From positions 310,001 through 374,000 of the forward strand of contig NZ_JAJQXW010000003.1 in assembly GCF_021246445.1 (NCBI RefSeq): a stretch of DNA of 64,000 bases, in the 5' to 3' direction. The notes under the pieces were generated by a model, which was not told where the DNA came from, ran no database searches, and saw only the letters and a list, made by a program, of their open reading frames with translations. The DNA comes from Rhabdothermincola salaria. GTDB taxonomy: Bacteria > Actinomycetota > Acidimicrobiia > Acidimicrobiales > Acidimicrobilacustridaceae. Numbering within the stretch: position 1 is the stretch's first letter; every line of letters starts with the position of its first letter. The position numbers and the translations under genes are program-made. Shown here piece after piece: positions 1 to 10,784 of this stretch.

Positions 1-126
1 TCTTGCCGGCACCGTTGGGGCCCAACAGGGCGTGGACCTGGCCGACCTCCAGGGAGAGGTTCACTCCGTGGAGCACGTCGATGGTCCCGTAGCCGCCGCG
101 CAGGTTGCGCAGCTCGAGGATCCCGG

Positions 127-130
<4 letters not shown>
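1..130 (-). CDS. ABC transporter ATP-binding protein, LivF-like (partial, runs off window)
   Basis: Reverse strand reads MTGILELRNLRGGYGTIDVLHGVNLSLEVGQVHALLGPNGAGK (Walker A); ATGA overlap with the preceding gene. Confidence 0.85.
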
Positions 131-866
<736 letters not shown>

Positions 867-870
<4 letters not shown>

Positions 871-3125
871 ACCGGCACCTCCTCTCCGGGCACGCCCGGT
901 CTGGTCGAGCCGTTGCCTCCGTGCCCCGCACCGGCGGCGGCGGGGACGAGGGGCTGCTCGTCGAGCTCGTCGGCGACGTGCAGGACCCGATCGAGCTGGG
1001 CCACCTTCTCGCTGGTGAACTCCCGGGTCAGGCCCAGGTCGCCGATCTCGGCGAGACGGATGTTCTGCTCGCGGGCGATCGACCGGGCGAGCTCCTTTTC
1101 CTCACGGGCGTCTCGCCGCCAGGGCAGGAGGCCGGCGAGGTCGCGTCCGGCGTAGAACACCGCCCCCTCGGGCCGGAAGGCCATGGAGATGGCGGCCAGG
1201 CCCGGACCGATGAGCTCGACCGCAGTCAGCCAGCTCGGCTCGCCCAGCACCTCGTAGAGGGCGGGGAACGAGGCGAGACCGATGACGGCCATGAAGGCGG
1301 CGATCGGGTAGCGCACGCCTTGCACCGCGAGCAACAGCACCAGCGGCAGACCGGCGAACAGCGGGAACGAGTCGACCCGCAGCGCGCCCGAGGACAGGCC
1401 CAGCATGGTGCCGGCGAAGCCCGCGATCGCCCCCGACAGCGCCCAGACCAGCATCTTCTGGGTGGTGATGTTCACCCCGATGGTGGCCGATGCCGCCGGC
1501 GAGTCGGACATGGCGATCCACCGACGAGCGAAGCGGGTGCGGCGCATGAGCATGAGCCCCAACATGAACAACGCGAAGACCGCAGCCAGGAAGATCACGA
1601 AGGCCTTGCGGTCGCCGGCGTCGGTGCTGATGGTGAAACCGAACAGCTGCAAGGGTTCGAACAACGTGCCGGTGGCCGACGGGTCGAGCATGTTGGGGTG
1701 GCGCACGATCACCTTGTCGGTGAACTCGGCGAAGGCCAAGGTGGCCAAGGCCAGGTACAACCCTTTCAACCGCAGTGCCGGCAGGGCGATGAGCAGGCCC
1801 AGCGGGGCGCAGACCAACATGACCAGCAAGATGCCGATCGGGTCGCCGTTCTGACCCCCCAGGTGGCTGTAGAGCACGGCACCGATGCCGGCGATGGCGA
1901 AGTTGGCGAAGCTCACCTGGCCGGCCCAACCGATGAGCGGCACAAGTGACAGCGTGATCACGCCGAGCACCATGAAGAAGGCGCCACGCCCCAGCCACAC
2001 CGAGGACCGCTCGCCGAAGTTGGGCGTGAGGAACGGGATCCACCCGTTGGCCCAGATGGCGACCAACGAGAAGACGACGGTGGCCCCTACCACCGCCTCC
2101 CAGGGCTTGGTGAGCCGCTCGGTGCGCTTGGTGAGCTTGACCTTGCCCGTCTCGAGGCGGGCCTGGGGCAGGAAGAGCAGGGCGATGAACAGGATCACCG
2201 CGGGGATGGCCTCGGGGGCATAGCTCCAGTTCTGGTCGAACGTGAGGAACACCCCGGCGAAGGCCTTGCTCAACCCGATGATGAGGCCGCCGGCGATGGC
2301 CCAGGGAAGGCTCTTGAGCTGGGCGATGGCCGCCGCGGCGGCGGCGACCACGATGAGCAGCGCCAGGTTCTCCATCACCATGCCCGTCTCGGGGGCGATG
2401 AGGATGCCGGCCAGGCCGGCGGTCATGCAGCCGAGCGCCCAGGAGGCGCCGCTGACCTTGGACGGTCGGGCGCCGACGAGGCCGGCCAACGGGCGGCTGT
2501 CGACCACGGCGCGCATCGAGATGCCGATGCGGGTGCGGTAGAGCAGCCAACGCAGGCCGACGGCGATGCCGATGGCGACGATGACGGTGATGATGCGGTG
2601 CCAGGTGGCGGTGACGTCGCCGATCTGCACGCCGCTGGTGTCGCGGAAGAACTGCGGCAGGGTGCGCCCGGTGTTGGGCTTCCAGATGGTCAGGGTGATG
2701 CCCATGAAGGCGAGCATCAGGCCCACGGTCACCATGAGCTGCACGACCAGGCTGGCGTCGCGCAGGCGCTTCATGATGAGCCGGTCGAGGCCCAGGCCGA
2801 TCAGCGGGGCGACGATGCCCAACACGATGACCAGCGACAGGAGCGTGTTGACCCCGCGGTTGACCGAGAGCTCCCAGTAGAGGAAGGCGAGGAAGCCACC
2901 GATGGCGGCGTGGGCGAAGTTGAAGATGCCCGTGGTGGCGTAGGTGACCACCAGGCCGCCGGCGAGGATGGCGTAGATCCCGCCGAGCGAGATGCCCACC
3001 ACCAGCCACGTGGTGATGTTGCCGACGTCGAAGGACGCGCCGCCCCAGTTGGAGGCGATGATGAAGACGGTGAGAGCGGCCACGGCGATGGCCGCGAACG
3101 CCTTGGGTGAGACCTTGAGCCGCAT
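867..3125 (-). CDS. Fused LivH/LivM-type ABC permease
   Basis: 752 aa, many TM segments, GIFNFAH and GQVSFAN motifs of the two HAAT permease halves. Confidence 0.88.
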
Positions 3126-3162
3126 GTTCCCCCTGGGACTGCTCGTGATCGTTGACGTGGCA

Positions 3163-3201
3163 CCGTCGAGGTGCCGGCCACGAGGGCCGGCACCTCGACG
3201 G
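3163..3201 (-). terminator. Perfect 17-bp stem-loop between the binding-protein and permease genes (partial terminator or mRNA stabiliser)
   Basis: CCGTCGAGGTGCCGGCC-ACGAG-GGCCGGCACCTCGACGG. Confidence 0.6.
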
Positions 3202-3213
3202 GCCGGGACGGGA

Positions 3214-4608
3214 CTACTGGATCTTCTCGGCCTCGACGGCGGGGTCGAGGGTCACCTCGACCACACCGGCGGGGTCGCACTCGAGGGTGCCCGGCTCCTC
3301 CGGGAACACCCGCTCGAAGCCGTCGGCGCCCATCTGCATGATGACCATGCAGTCGGAGAAGCCGCCCTTGGGGTCCTTGGCACCCATCCAGCCGCCGGCA
3401 TCGAAGGAGTCGATGCCGTTGAGGGCCTCGATGAGCGACGCCCGGGTGATGGCGTTGGGGCCGTCGGACTCGACGATGCCGTTGACCGCCTCCTGGAACA
3501 GCAGCGCCGCCATCCATGCCTGGGCACCGAAGGAGTCCGGCGTCTCGACGCTGGCGAGGTAGTTGTCGAGCGCCTCGTTGCTGCCCTCCTCCTCGAACGG
3601 CAGGAACTGCATCCACACGTAGGTGCCCTCGACGTCGGCACCCGCCTCGGCGAACTTCTCGGTGTAGCAGGCCAGCGAGCACGCCCAGATGTCGACGCTG
3701 TCGAGGCCCTGGGCCGCCGCCTCACGACGCATGAGGGTCATGGCCACGTCGTTGGAGCCGTTGTAGACGTAGTTGACGTCGCCGCTGCGGGCCTGCTGCA
3801 CCAGCGGGGTGTAGGCCGACTGCTCGGCGCGACCCGACACCTTGAAGGCACCCGCCCAGTCGACACCGGCCTCTTCCTGGGCCACCAACTGGTAGGTGGC
3901 CGACTGCACGGTGGTGGGCAGGTCGCCCGGCACCATGTAGAGGCCGGTCAGTTCGGGCTCGATGCTCTGGTAGTACTCGATGTTGCCGATGAAGGCGGTG
4001 AGCGTGCGCTCGCCGCTGATCGGGGTGCCGTCGGCGTTGCAGGGCTCGGCGGTGCCCTGGATGATGAACGAGTTCAGCGAGCACTGCTCGTTGACGTCGT
4101 TGGCCAGCGCCGAGACGTTGGCCAGGCCCGTCGGGTTGCCCTCGGCGTCGGGGCACGTGTTCATCGTCGACACGTCCGGGTTGAACAGCGAGTTGCCGCC
4201 CACCAACGCCAGCGCGTTGGCGCAGGCGTTGATCTGACCGTTCTTGGTCTCCTCCGGCGTGAGCTTGGAGTCCCACGCCTCCACCACGAGCTCACGACAG
4301 GCGATGCCGCCGTTGTCGTTGATGAACGTCTCGAAGGCCTCGAGGCCATCGACGTTGCCCTGGAACAGGCCCGGAGCCAACGGCGAACCGGTGTCGGCCA
4401 TGACCTGGATGGTGATGGTGTCGGCGGTCACACCGGTGTCGGTGGCCTCCAGCTCGACGCCCTCACAGGCCTCGTCGCCGGCCGCTTCCGTCGTGTCCGG
4501 CGATCCCGGCTCGGTGGTTGCCGCAGTGGTGCCGCCCTCGTCGCGGCCGCAGGCGGCGGCCACCAGGCCGAGCGCCATGAGCACTGCGATGACTTTGTAG
4601 CGCTTCAT
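3214..4608 (-). CDS. ABC substrate-binding lipoprotein, type 1 periplasmic binding fold (LivJ-like), copy 2
   Basis: MKRYKVIAVLMALGLVAAAC lipobox; GVTADTITI and NDNGGIACREL motifs; start placed at the ATG after a GGGGA SD. Confidence 0.85.
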   Translation of the reverse strand: MKRYKVIAVLMALGLVAAACGRDEGGTTAATTEPGSPDTTEAAGDEACEGVELEATDTGVTADTITIQVMADTGSPLAPGLFQGNVDGLEAFETFINDNGGIACRELVVEAWDSKLTPEETKNGQINACANALALVGGNSLFNPDVSTMNTCPDAEGNPTGLANVSALANDVNEQCSLNSFIIQGTAEPCNADGTPISGERTLTAFIGNIEYYQSIEPELTGLYMVPGDLPTTVQSATYQLVAQEEAGVDWAGAFKVSGRAEQSAYTPLVQQARSGDVNYVYNGSNDVAMTLMRREAAAQGLDSVDIWACSLACYTEKFAEAGADVEGTYVWMQFLPFEEEGSNEALDNYLASVETPDSFGAQAWMAALLFQEAVNGIVESDGPNAITRASLIEALNGIDSFDAGGWMGAKDPKGGFSDCMVIMQMGADGFERVFPEEPGTLECDPAGVVEVTLDPAVEAEKIQ

Positions 4609-4680
4609 CGATCCCCCTATCTGCGATCCACCCCCCGGCAGATCCAGGAGCGGCACCATAGCCCAAACACCCGCTCGTGT

Positions 4681-4696
4681 TGTGGCGTGCGTCACA
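4681..4696. promoter_or_regulatory. CRP/GlxR-like box
   Basis: TGTGG-N6-TCACA, centred about 28 bp upstream of a TATGGT -10-like hexamer (4660-4655, minus strand). Confidence 0.5.
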
Positions 4697-4771
4697 ACAT
4701 CGGCCTCGTCCCCCGAGCGGTGAGAGAGGGGCCGACCCGACGCGGGGCCGACCCCTCAGCTCACCGCGGTC

Positions 4772-6163
4772 CTACTGGATGCTCTCGGCGGCCACGGCCG
4801 GGTCGAGGGTCACCTCGACCACAGCGGCGGGGTCGCACTCGAGGGTGCCCGGCTCCTCCGGGAACGCCCGCTCGAAGCCGTCGGCGCCCATCTGCATGAT
4901 GACCATGCAGTCGGAGAAGCCGCCCTTGGGGTCCTTGGGACCCATCCAGCCGCCGGCATCGAAGGAGTCGATGCCGTTGAGGGCCTCGATGAGCGAGGCC
5001 CGGGTGATGGCGTTGGGGCCGTCGGACTCGACGATGCCGTTGACCGCCTCCTGGAACAGCAGCGCCGCCATCCAGGCCTGGGCGCCGAAGGAGTCCGGCG
5101 TCTCGACGCTGGCGAGGTAGTTGTCGAGCGCCTCGTTGCTGCCCTCGTCCTCGAACGGCAGGAACTGCATCCACACGTAGGTGCCCTCGACGTCGCCGCC
5201 GGCTTCCTGGAACTTCTCGGTGTAGCAGGCCAGCGAGCACGCCCAGACCTCGACGCTGTCGAGGCCCTGGGCGGCTGCTTCACGGCGCATGAGGGTCATG
5301 GCCACGTCGTTGGAGCCGTTGTAGACGTAGTTGGCGTTGCTGCTACGGGCCTGCTGCACCAGCGGGGTGTAGGCCGACTGCTCGGCGCGACCCGACACCT
5401 TGAAGGCACCGACGATGTCGACGCCGGCGTCTCGCTGGGCCTCGATCTGGTAGGTGGCCGACTGCACGGTGGTGGGCAGGTCGCCCGGCACCATGAACAG
5501 CCCCGTGAGGTCGGGCTCGATGGTCTGGTAGTACTCGATGTTGCCGATGAAGGCGAGGAGATCGCGCTCGCCGCTGATCGGGGTGCCGTCGTCGTTGCAG
5601 GGCTCGGCGGTACCGGTGATGATGAACGTGTTGTTCGAGCACTGCTCGTTGACGTCGTTGGCCAGCGCCGCCACGTTGGGCATGCCGGTGGGGTTCCCCT
5701 CGGCGTCGGGGCAGGTGTTCATCGTCGACACGTCCGGGTTGAACAGCGAGTTGCCGCCCACCAACGCCACGGCGTTGGCGCAGGCGTTGATCTGACCGTT
5801 CTTGGTCTCCTCCGGCGTGAGCTTGGAGTCCCACGCCTCCACCACGAGCTCACGACAGGCGATGCCGCCGTTGTCGTTGATGAACGTCTCGAAGCCCTCG
5901 AGGGCATCGACGTTGCCCTGGAACAGGCCCGGAGCCAACGGCGAACCGGTGTCGGCCATGACCTGGATGGTGATGGTGTCGGCGGTCACACCGGTGTCGG
6001 TGGCCTCCAGCTCGACGCCCTCGCAGGCCTCGTCGCCGGCCGCTTCCGTCGTGTCCGGCGATCCCGGCTCCGTCGGCGTCGCGGTGGTGCCTCCATCGCG
6101 CCCGCAGGCGGCGGCCACCAGGCCGAGCGCCAGGAGCACGGCGAGGACTCGGTAATGCTTCAT
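4772..6163 (-). CDS. ABC substrate-binding lipoprotein (LivJ-like), copy 1
   Basis: LVAAAC lipobox; near-identical paralog of 3214-4608. Confidence 0.85.
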   Translation of the reverse strand: MKHYRVLAVLLALGLVAAACGRDGGTTATPTEPGSPDTTEAAGDEACEGVELEATDTGVTADTITIQVMADTGSPLAPGLFQGNVDALEGFETFINDNGGIACRELVVEAWDSKLTPEETKNGQINACANAVALVGGNSLFNPDVSTMNTCPDAEGNPTGMPNVAALANDVNEQCSNNTFIITGTAEPCNDDGTPISGERDLLAFIGNIEYYQTIEPDLTGLFMVPGDLPTTVQSATYQIEAQRDAGVDIVGAFKVSGRAEQSAYTPLVQQARSSNANYVYNGSNDVAMTLMRREAAAQGLDSVEVWACSLACYTEKFQEAGGDVEGTYVWMQFLPFEDEGSNEALDNYLASVETPDSFGAQAWMAALLFQEAVNGIVESDGPNAITRASLIEALNGIDSFDAGGWMGPKDPKGGFSDCMVIMQMGADGFERAFPEEPGTLECDPAAVVEVTLDPAVAAESIQ

Positions 6164-6239
6164 GTATCCCCCATGGTCGTGGTCCGCCTTCCCCAGGCGG
6201 ATCCAGGAAGAGCCACCCTAGCCAAACGCGCGCTAGGCC

Positions 6240-6255
6240 CGTGACAGACGCCACA
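6240..6255. promoter_or_regulatory. CRP/GlxR-like box
   Basis: CGTGA-N6-CCACA at the equivalent position upstream of the paralog, above TAGGGT (6220-6215, minus strand). Confidence 0.45.
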
Positions 6256-6323
6256 ACAGACAATTTGCCGACGAAGCATCCCGCGCTGGCACCCTCGGGT
6301 TTCGAGCCTCTCGGAGGCTCCGC

Positions 6324-7247
6324 TCAGGACGCGCCGGTGGGCCGACGGTGGGGCTCGGAGTGGTCCCAGTCGGCGAGCAGGGTGCGGATGGCCGTGAGCA
6401 GGACCAGGGGGACGTCGAGCATCGGGTGGTGCCCCGCCTCGGGGAGCTCGATCACCGGCGCCACCCGACCCAACACCTCGTACATGGCCGCCCCGATGTC
6501 GGGGGTGACCAGCCCGTGCTCGGCCCGCAGGAGCGCGAAACGGCAGGTGACCTGGGCCAGGTAGGGCATGCCGAGGGCACGGATCCGCTCGTCGAACTGC
6601 TCGAAGACACGCCGGTCGAACTTCCACTGGAAGCCGCCGTCGACCGGCTTCAAGGAGCGCCGCCCGACGTGGTCCATCACGTAGTCGAGGTAGTGGGCCT
6701 GTTCGGGGATGGTGCGGAAGCGGCCCAGGCCGTCGTCGAGCTCGCGGTACGTCCGCGGCGCCCCGAAGGCCTCCTTCAGACGGGCGGACTCGACCTCCGG
6801 GTCCGGTTCTCGGACCGGGGAGTCCACCACGATCACGCCACTCAGGCGGTCGCAGTGCCGGGCTGCGGTGGCGATGGTCACGAAGCCGCCCATGCTGTGG
6901 CCGACGATGACCGGCCGCCCCTCGATGCCTGCATGGCCCGCCGCCGCCATGACCTCGTCGGTCCACGTCTCGATGTCGTAGCGCGCCCGGTGGGCGCTGT
7001 CGCCGTGGCCGGAGAGATCGACCGCGACCACCCGGAAGTCCTCGGCGAAGGTGGCGGCCACGTGGGTCCACCAGTGGGCGTGCGCTCCACCGCCGTGCAC
7101 GAAGACCAGGCCGCGCCGCCCCCGCTCCCCCCACGCCAGGTAGTGGATGGGGGCGTCATCGACCTCGACGACCTCGTCGTCGAAGGGCACGTCGAGAGCC
7201 GTCTGGAACCAGGCCGGTGCGGTCGGCAGCAGGGGAACGGAGGCCAT
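6324..7247 (-). CDS. Alpha/beta fold hydrolase
   Basis: FVHGG, DLSGHGDS, GHSMGG nucleophile elbow, AGHH catalytic His. Confidence 0.9.
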   Translation of the reverse strand: MASVPLLPTAPAWFQTALDVPFDDEVVEVDDAPIHYLAWGERGRRGLVFVHGGGAHAHWWTHVAATFAEDFRVVAVDLSGHGDSAHRARYDIETWTDEVMAAAGHAGIEGRPVIVGHSMGGFVTIATAARHCDRLSGVIVVDSPVREPDPEVESARLKEAFGAPRTYRELDDGLGRFRTIPEQAHYLDYVMDHVGRRSLKPVDGGFQWKFDRRVFEQFDERIRALGMPYLAQVTCRFALLRAEHGLVTPDIGAAMYEVLGRVAPVIELPEAGHHPMLDVPLVLLTAIRTLLADWDHSEPHRRPTGAS

Positions 7248-7336
7248 GGCCCGACGCTACCGGGGCCGCGCCGGTGGGGTCTCAGCCCGGGCGGGCCACG
7301 ACCGGGCCGCCATCGTGGCCGCCGCGGCCCGCCTCC

Positions 7337-7780
7337 TCACCGACCAGAGCAGGCTCGGCTCCGGAACTGGTGGGCACCGGTGTCGAGCACCCAGTCGTGA
7401 CCGAACCGGGCGATGGGCGGGGCCGCCCGCAGCACGCCCCGCAGCAGGATCGTGGCCGGCTCCAACTCCGAGACCAGGTGCAGGTCGGTGCCGTGGGGCG
7501 CAGGTGCCACGGTGAGGCGGGCTCGGCCCCGGATGTCGCCGTCGACCTCCGCCTCGACCCGCTCACCCGCCACGACCGTGTGCAGGGAGAGCCGGAAGCG
7601 CACCACGTAGGGCAGAGGTGGCTGCACGGCACAGGACCAACGCTCCCCCTCGGCGAGGGCCGTCCCGTCGAACTCCTTCAACCAGGGCCACACGACGCGG
7701 TACCGCTCGGGACGGCACAACGTCGACCACACCTCACCGGGTTCGGCCTCGACGGGAAAGGTCCGATCGGACTCGAGCAC
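7337..7780 (-). CDS. SRPBCC/CoxG-like (START fold) protein
   Basis: 147 aa; AEPGEVWSTLCRPERYRVVWPWL start and beta-strand pattern typical of SRPBCC. Confidence 0.65.
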   Translation of the reverse strand: MLESDRTFPVEAEPGEVWSTLCRPERYRVVWPWLKEFDGTALAEGERWSCAVQPPLPYVVRFRLSLHTVVAGERVEAEVDGDIRGRARLTVAPAPHGTDLHLVSELEPATILLRGVLRAAPPIARFGHDWVLDTGAHQFRSRACSGR

Positions 7781-7802
7781 GTGGTCAGGCTGGCAGGACT
7801 CC

Positions 7803-7951
7803 GCTCGTCGTGCTCATCGTGCTCATCGTGCTCGTCGTGCTCGTCGTGCTCGTCGTGCTCGTCGTGCTCATCGTGCTCATCGTGCTCATCGTGCTCGTCG
7901 TGCTCGTCGTGCTCGTCGTGCTCATCGTGCTCATCGTGCTCATCGTGCTCG
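7803..7951. repeat. 9-bp tandem repeat GCTC(A/G)TCGT, 16 copies
   Basis: Counted directly; lies between divergent genes. Confidence 0.97.
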
Positions 7952-8047
7952 CCCCGGCGCGAGGTCGCGCCGCTGCGACCGATGCCACAGGCGCGATCGG
8001 GTGATTCTGTCCGGGGGGCACCCTCGCCACCGCTAGCGTCGGGCCTC

Positions 8048-8518
8048 GTGCCGATCTACCTCGTCCGCCACGGTCACGCCGGGTCCCGCTCCGCGTGGGA
8101 GGGCGACGACCGCAGGCGACCGCTCTCGGACAAGGGCCGCCGTCAGGCGGCCTGGCTGGCCGAGCAGCTCGGCGACGAGAAGGTCCGTCGCATCGTCTCG
8201 AGCCCCTTCCTGCGTTGCACCGAGACCGTCGAACCGCTCGCCGCCCACCTCGGGTGCGACGTCGTCGCCGATGATCGGCTGGCCGAGGGCGCCCACACCC
8301 AGGCCGCGGCCGAGTTGTTGGTGTCGCTGAGCCCCAAGACGGTGGTGGCCTGCTCACACGGGGACCTCATCCCCAAGGTGCTGCGCTATCTCGTGGCCGG
8401 CGGCATGGAGCTGGACGGGGCGCTGCTCGACGCCAAGGGCTCCATGTGGGTCCTCGACGGCGACGACGCCGACGGCCGCCCCACCCGCAGCCGCTACGTG
8501 CCACCCCCCAAGCTCTGA
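8048..8518 (+). CDS. Histidine phosphatase family protein (SixA-like)
   Basis: LVRHGHAG, RPLSDKG, SSPFLRC, CSHGD motifs; GTG start 8 nt after TAGCGT. Confidence 0.85.
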   Translation: MPIYLVRHGHAGSRSAWEGDDRRRPLSDKGRRQAAWLAEQLGDEKVRRIVSSPFLRCTETVEPLAAHLGCDVVADDRLAEGAHTQAAAELLVSLSPKTVVACSHGDLIPKVLRYLVAGGMELDGALLDAKGSMWVLDGDDADGRPTRSRYVPPPKL

Positions 8519-8538
8519 TCCACCCACCACGCCCGTAG

Positions 8539-8585
8539 TTGCATGAGATCGGCGTGCTCCAGTGCGCCGATTCCATGCAAGAAGC
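8539..8585. repeat. REP-like palindrome, copy 1 (probable bidirectional terminator between convergent genes)
   Basis: TTGCATGAGATCG...CGATTCCATGCAAGAAGC; arms shared with 38885-38935. Confidence 0.7.
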
Positions 8586-8617
8586 GTCTGAGGGCCCGGG
8601 CCGAGCGGTCCGGGGGG

Positions 8618-9628
8618 TCAGGGCGCAGGCGACGCGGAGGTGGCCGAGGCGTGGTCGAGGGACTGCTGCAGGCCGGACACCATCTGGTCCATGAACGGGG
8701 GCACCGCCCCCTCGGGGATGGCGGCCAGGTCGGCCCGGGCGGCCTCGACGTCGCCGGCGTTGCGCAAGAGGATGGCCCGGAAGACCCGGGCGTCGGCGTA
8801 GCCGGGGTCGATGGCCAGCGCCTCGTCGAGACGGGCCCGGGCCTCCCCCTCGAGCTCTGCCGCCGCCTCGCTGTCGGAGTTGAGGGCCAGGGTGTGCAGC
8901 ACCCACCCCTGGTAGGTGAGGGCCTCGGTGTTGGCCGGCTGGATGGCCAGGACCTCTTCGTACGTCTCGATGGCCAGCCGGTAGGAATCCAGGGCGGCAT
9001 CCCCGTCGCCGTCCTGGAGGTGCTGGGTGGCCTCACCGGTGTGCTGCTGGGCGGCGAGGAGCAGGTCGCGGGTGGACAGGCGGATGTCGCCGCTGGCGGT
9101 GCCGCCCGGCGTGCGGTCGCCTGACGCCTGGGCCAGGAGGACCCCGCCGACGACGGCGAGCACGACCACGGCCGCCACGCCCCCGAGGATCCGGCCCCAC
9201 GATCGAGGCGGGCGGACCTGCTCCGCCAGGGCCTGGCGGTCGTCGATGGCACGCAGCACTGCGGCCGTGCGCGCCGTGTAGTCGTCCTTGAGCTCCGCGT
9301 AGTCGGTGTCGTCGACGTCGCCGGCTTCGTGCTCGCGTTCGAGGTCGGCCAGGGACGCGAGGAGGAAGTCGCGCTCCTCCTCGAGGGCGGCCAGGGCGTC
9401 GGGGTCGAGCTGACGGCGGACCTGGGTGCCGGCCCGCCGCGCGGCGCGAGCCGAACCCGACCCGGTCCGCGAGCTGGCGGTACCGGGTCGTGACGCCGGG
9501 CCTGCACTGGCGGCTCGCGCCGCCCGCCGGGCGGCGGTGCCCGCCGCCGGGGTCGTTCCCGCGAGCGGTGACGGGTCGGCCGGAGGGGAGGGGTCGACCG
9601 GGCCCTCGGTGGGCTCGCCGTCGGTCAC
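8618..9628 (-). CDS. Membrane-anchored TPR protein, CcmI/CycH-like
   Basis: LEEERDFLLASLADLEREHEAGDVDDTDYAELKDDY segment, one TM helix, TPR-like repeats; last gene of the ccm operon, GTGA overlap. Confidence 0.7.
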   Translation of the reverse strand: MTDGEPTEGPVDPSPPADPSPLAGTTPAAGTAARRAARAASAGPASRPGTASSRTGSGSARAARRAGTQVRRQLDPDALAALEEERDFLLASLADLEREHEAGDVDDTDYAELKDDYTARTAAVLRAIDDRQALAEQVRPPRSWGRILGGVAAVVVLAVVGGVLLAQASGDRTPGGTASGDIRLSTRDLLLAAQQHTGEATQHLQDGDGDAALDSYRLAIETYEEVLAIQPANTEALTYQGWVLHTLALNSDSEAAAELEGEARARLDEALAIDPGYADARVFRAILLRNAGDVEAARADLAAIPEGAVPPFMDQMVSGLQQSLDHASATSASPAP

Positions 9629-10167
9629 CGACTCGAGCCCTCGCCGTGCACGTCGTCGGGGTGGCGGTGGCGGAGGGCGTCGGCCACCAGGGCCCGGTCG
9701 GCGTCGGTGGCGGCCCGGGCGGTGGGGTCGTGCTGCCAGCGCCGGAAGACGATGACCAGCGCGGTCAGCGCGATCACGACGGCGACCACCGGGATCACCC
9801 ACACCAGGGCGCCGACACCACTGCTCGGCGGGGTGAGCAGCGTCTCCTCACCGAAGCGGGAGACCAGGTAGGCCCGGATCTCGTCGTCGCTCTGACCCTG
9901 TTCGATGCGCAGCGCCATGTCGCGCCGGATCTCCTGCGATGACGGGTGGTTCGAGTCGGCGACGGACTCCCCTCCACAGGACGGGCAGGCCACGGTGCGA
10001 GCCAGGTCGGTGACCCGGTCCTGGGCCGTCATCTCGCCGGTGGTGCCCTGCGAGCCGAAGGCGAGCAGGCTCACCACCACCACGAACAGCACCGCCCACG
10101 GCAACCAGCGCCGCACCGGGGACCCCGGAGCGAAGGGCGACGGCGGCGGTTGTGTCACGGAGCTCAC
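9625..10167 (-). CDS. ccmH: Cytochrome c biogenesis protein CcmH
   Basis: VACPSCGGESVADSN and IRAYLVSRFGEETLLTPP motifs. Confidence 0.85.
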   Translation of the reverse strand: MSSVTQPPPSPFAPGSPVRRWLPWAVLFVVVVSLLAFGSQGTTGEMTAQDRVTDLARTVACPSCGGESVADSNHPSSQEIRRDMALRIEQGQSDDEIRAYLVSRFGEETLLTPPSSGVGALVWVIPVVAVVIALTALVIVFRRWQHDPTARAATDADRALVADALRHRHPDDVHGEGSSR

Positions 10168-10784
10168 GGGTCCTCCCCCTGGTCGTCGTCCCCCGCCGCT
10201 TCGTACCTGTCGATCTCGGCGTCGAGGCCGGCGGCGGTGACGCCGCTGACGTACTTGGCCACGACCTGGCCGTTGGGCGCCACCAGGTAGGACTCGGGGA
10301 CGGCGGTCACTCCGAAGTCGAGGGCGATGCGCCCCGTGCCCTCGCCGACCAGGACGGGCCAGTCGCCGCCCCGCTGCTCGAAGAACTCCCGGATGGTGCG
10401 CTCCTCCTCGCCCCCGAACTGCACGGCCACGATGGAGACGCCATCGCCCGCCGCGGCGTGCTCCTCGGAGAAGCGGACCAGTTCGGGGTGCTCGACGATG
10501 CACGGGGTGCACCAGGTGGCGAAGAAGTTGACGACGACCCAGTCGCCCCGGAAACGGTCGATGTCGTAGGTCTCGCCGTCGAGCGTGGTGCCCACCACCG
10601 GCGGCACGGCCCGCCCCACAGCGGTGGTGTTGACGGCATCGTCGCCCGTGGGCCGGGTGGCCAGCACCACGATGAAGACGACGAGCACGAGGCCCACGGC
10701 GATGGCGGCGTTGCGGGCCAGGTGGCTGCCCCCGCGGGAGACGACCTCACCGGACGGCGGCCGGGTGGACGGCGGGGTGGTCAT
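10164..10784 (-). CDS. ccmG: TlpA/CcmG thiol-disulfide oxidoreductase
   Basis: VVNFFATWCTPC, FGVTAVPESY, N-terminal TM helix. Confidence 0.85.
   Translation of the reverse strand: MTTPPSTRPPSGEVVSRGGSHLARNAAIAVGLVLVVFIVVLATRPTGDDAVNTTAVGRAVPPVVGTTLDGETYDIDRFRGDWVVVNFFATWCTPCIVEHPELVRFSEEHAAAGDGVSIVAVQFGGEEERTIREFFEQRGGDWPVLVGEGTGRIALDFGVTAVPESYLVAPNGQVVAKYVSGVTAAGLDAEIDRYEAAGDDDQGEDP

Noticed and set aside
7217..8518. 433-aa ORF with a poly-SSC tract fused to the phosphatase, plus the VLI, STM and HDE readings of the repeat
   Set aside because: Read-through artefacts of the 9-bp repeat. The phosphatase has its own -10 and GTG at 8048, and the HDE frame has no plausible start.
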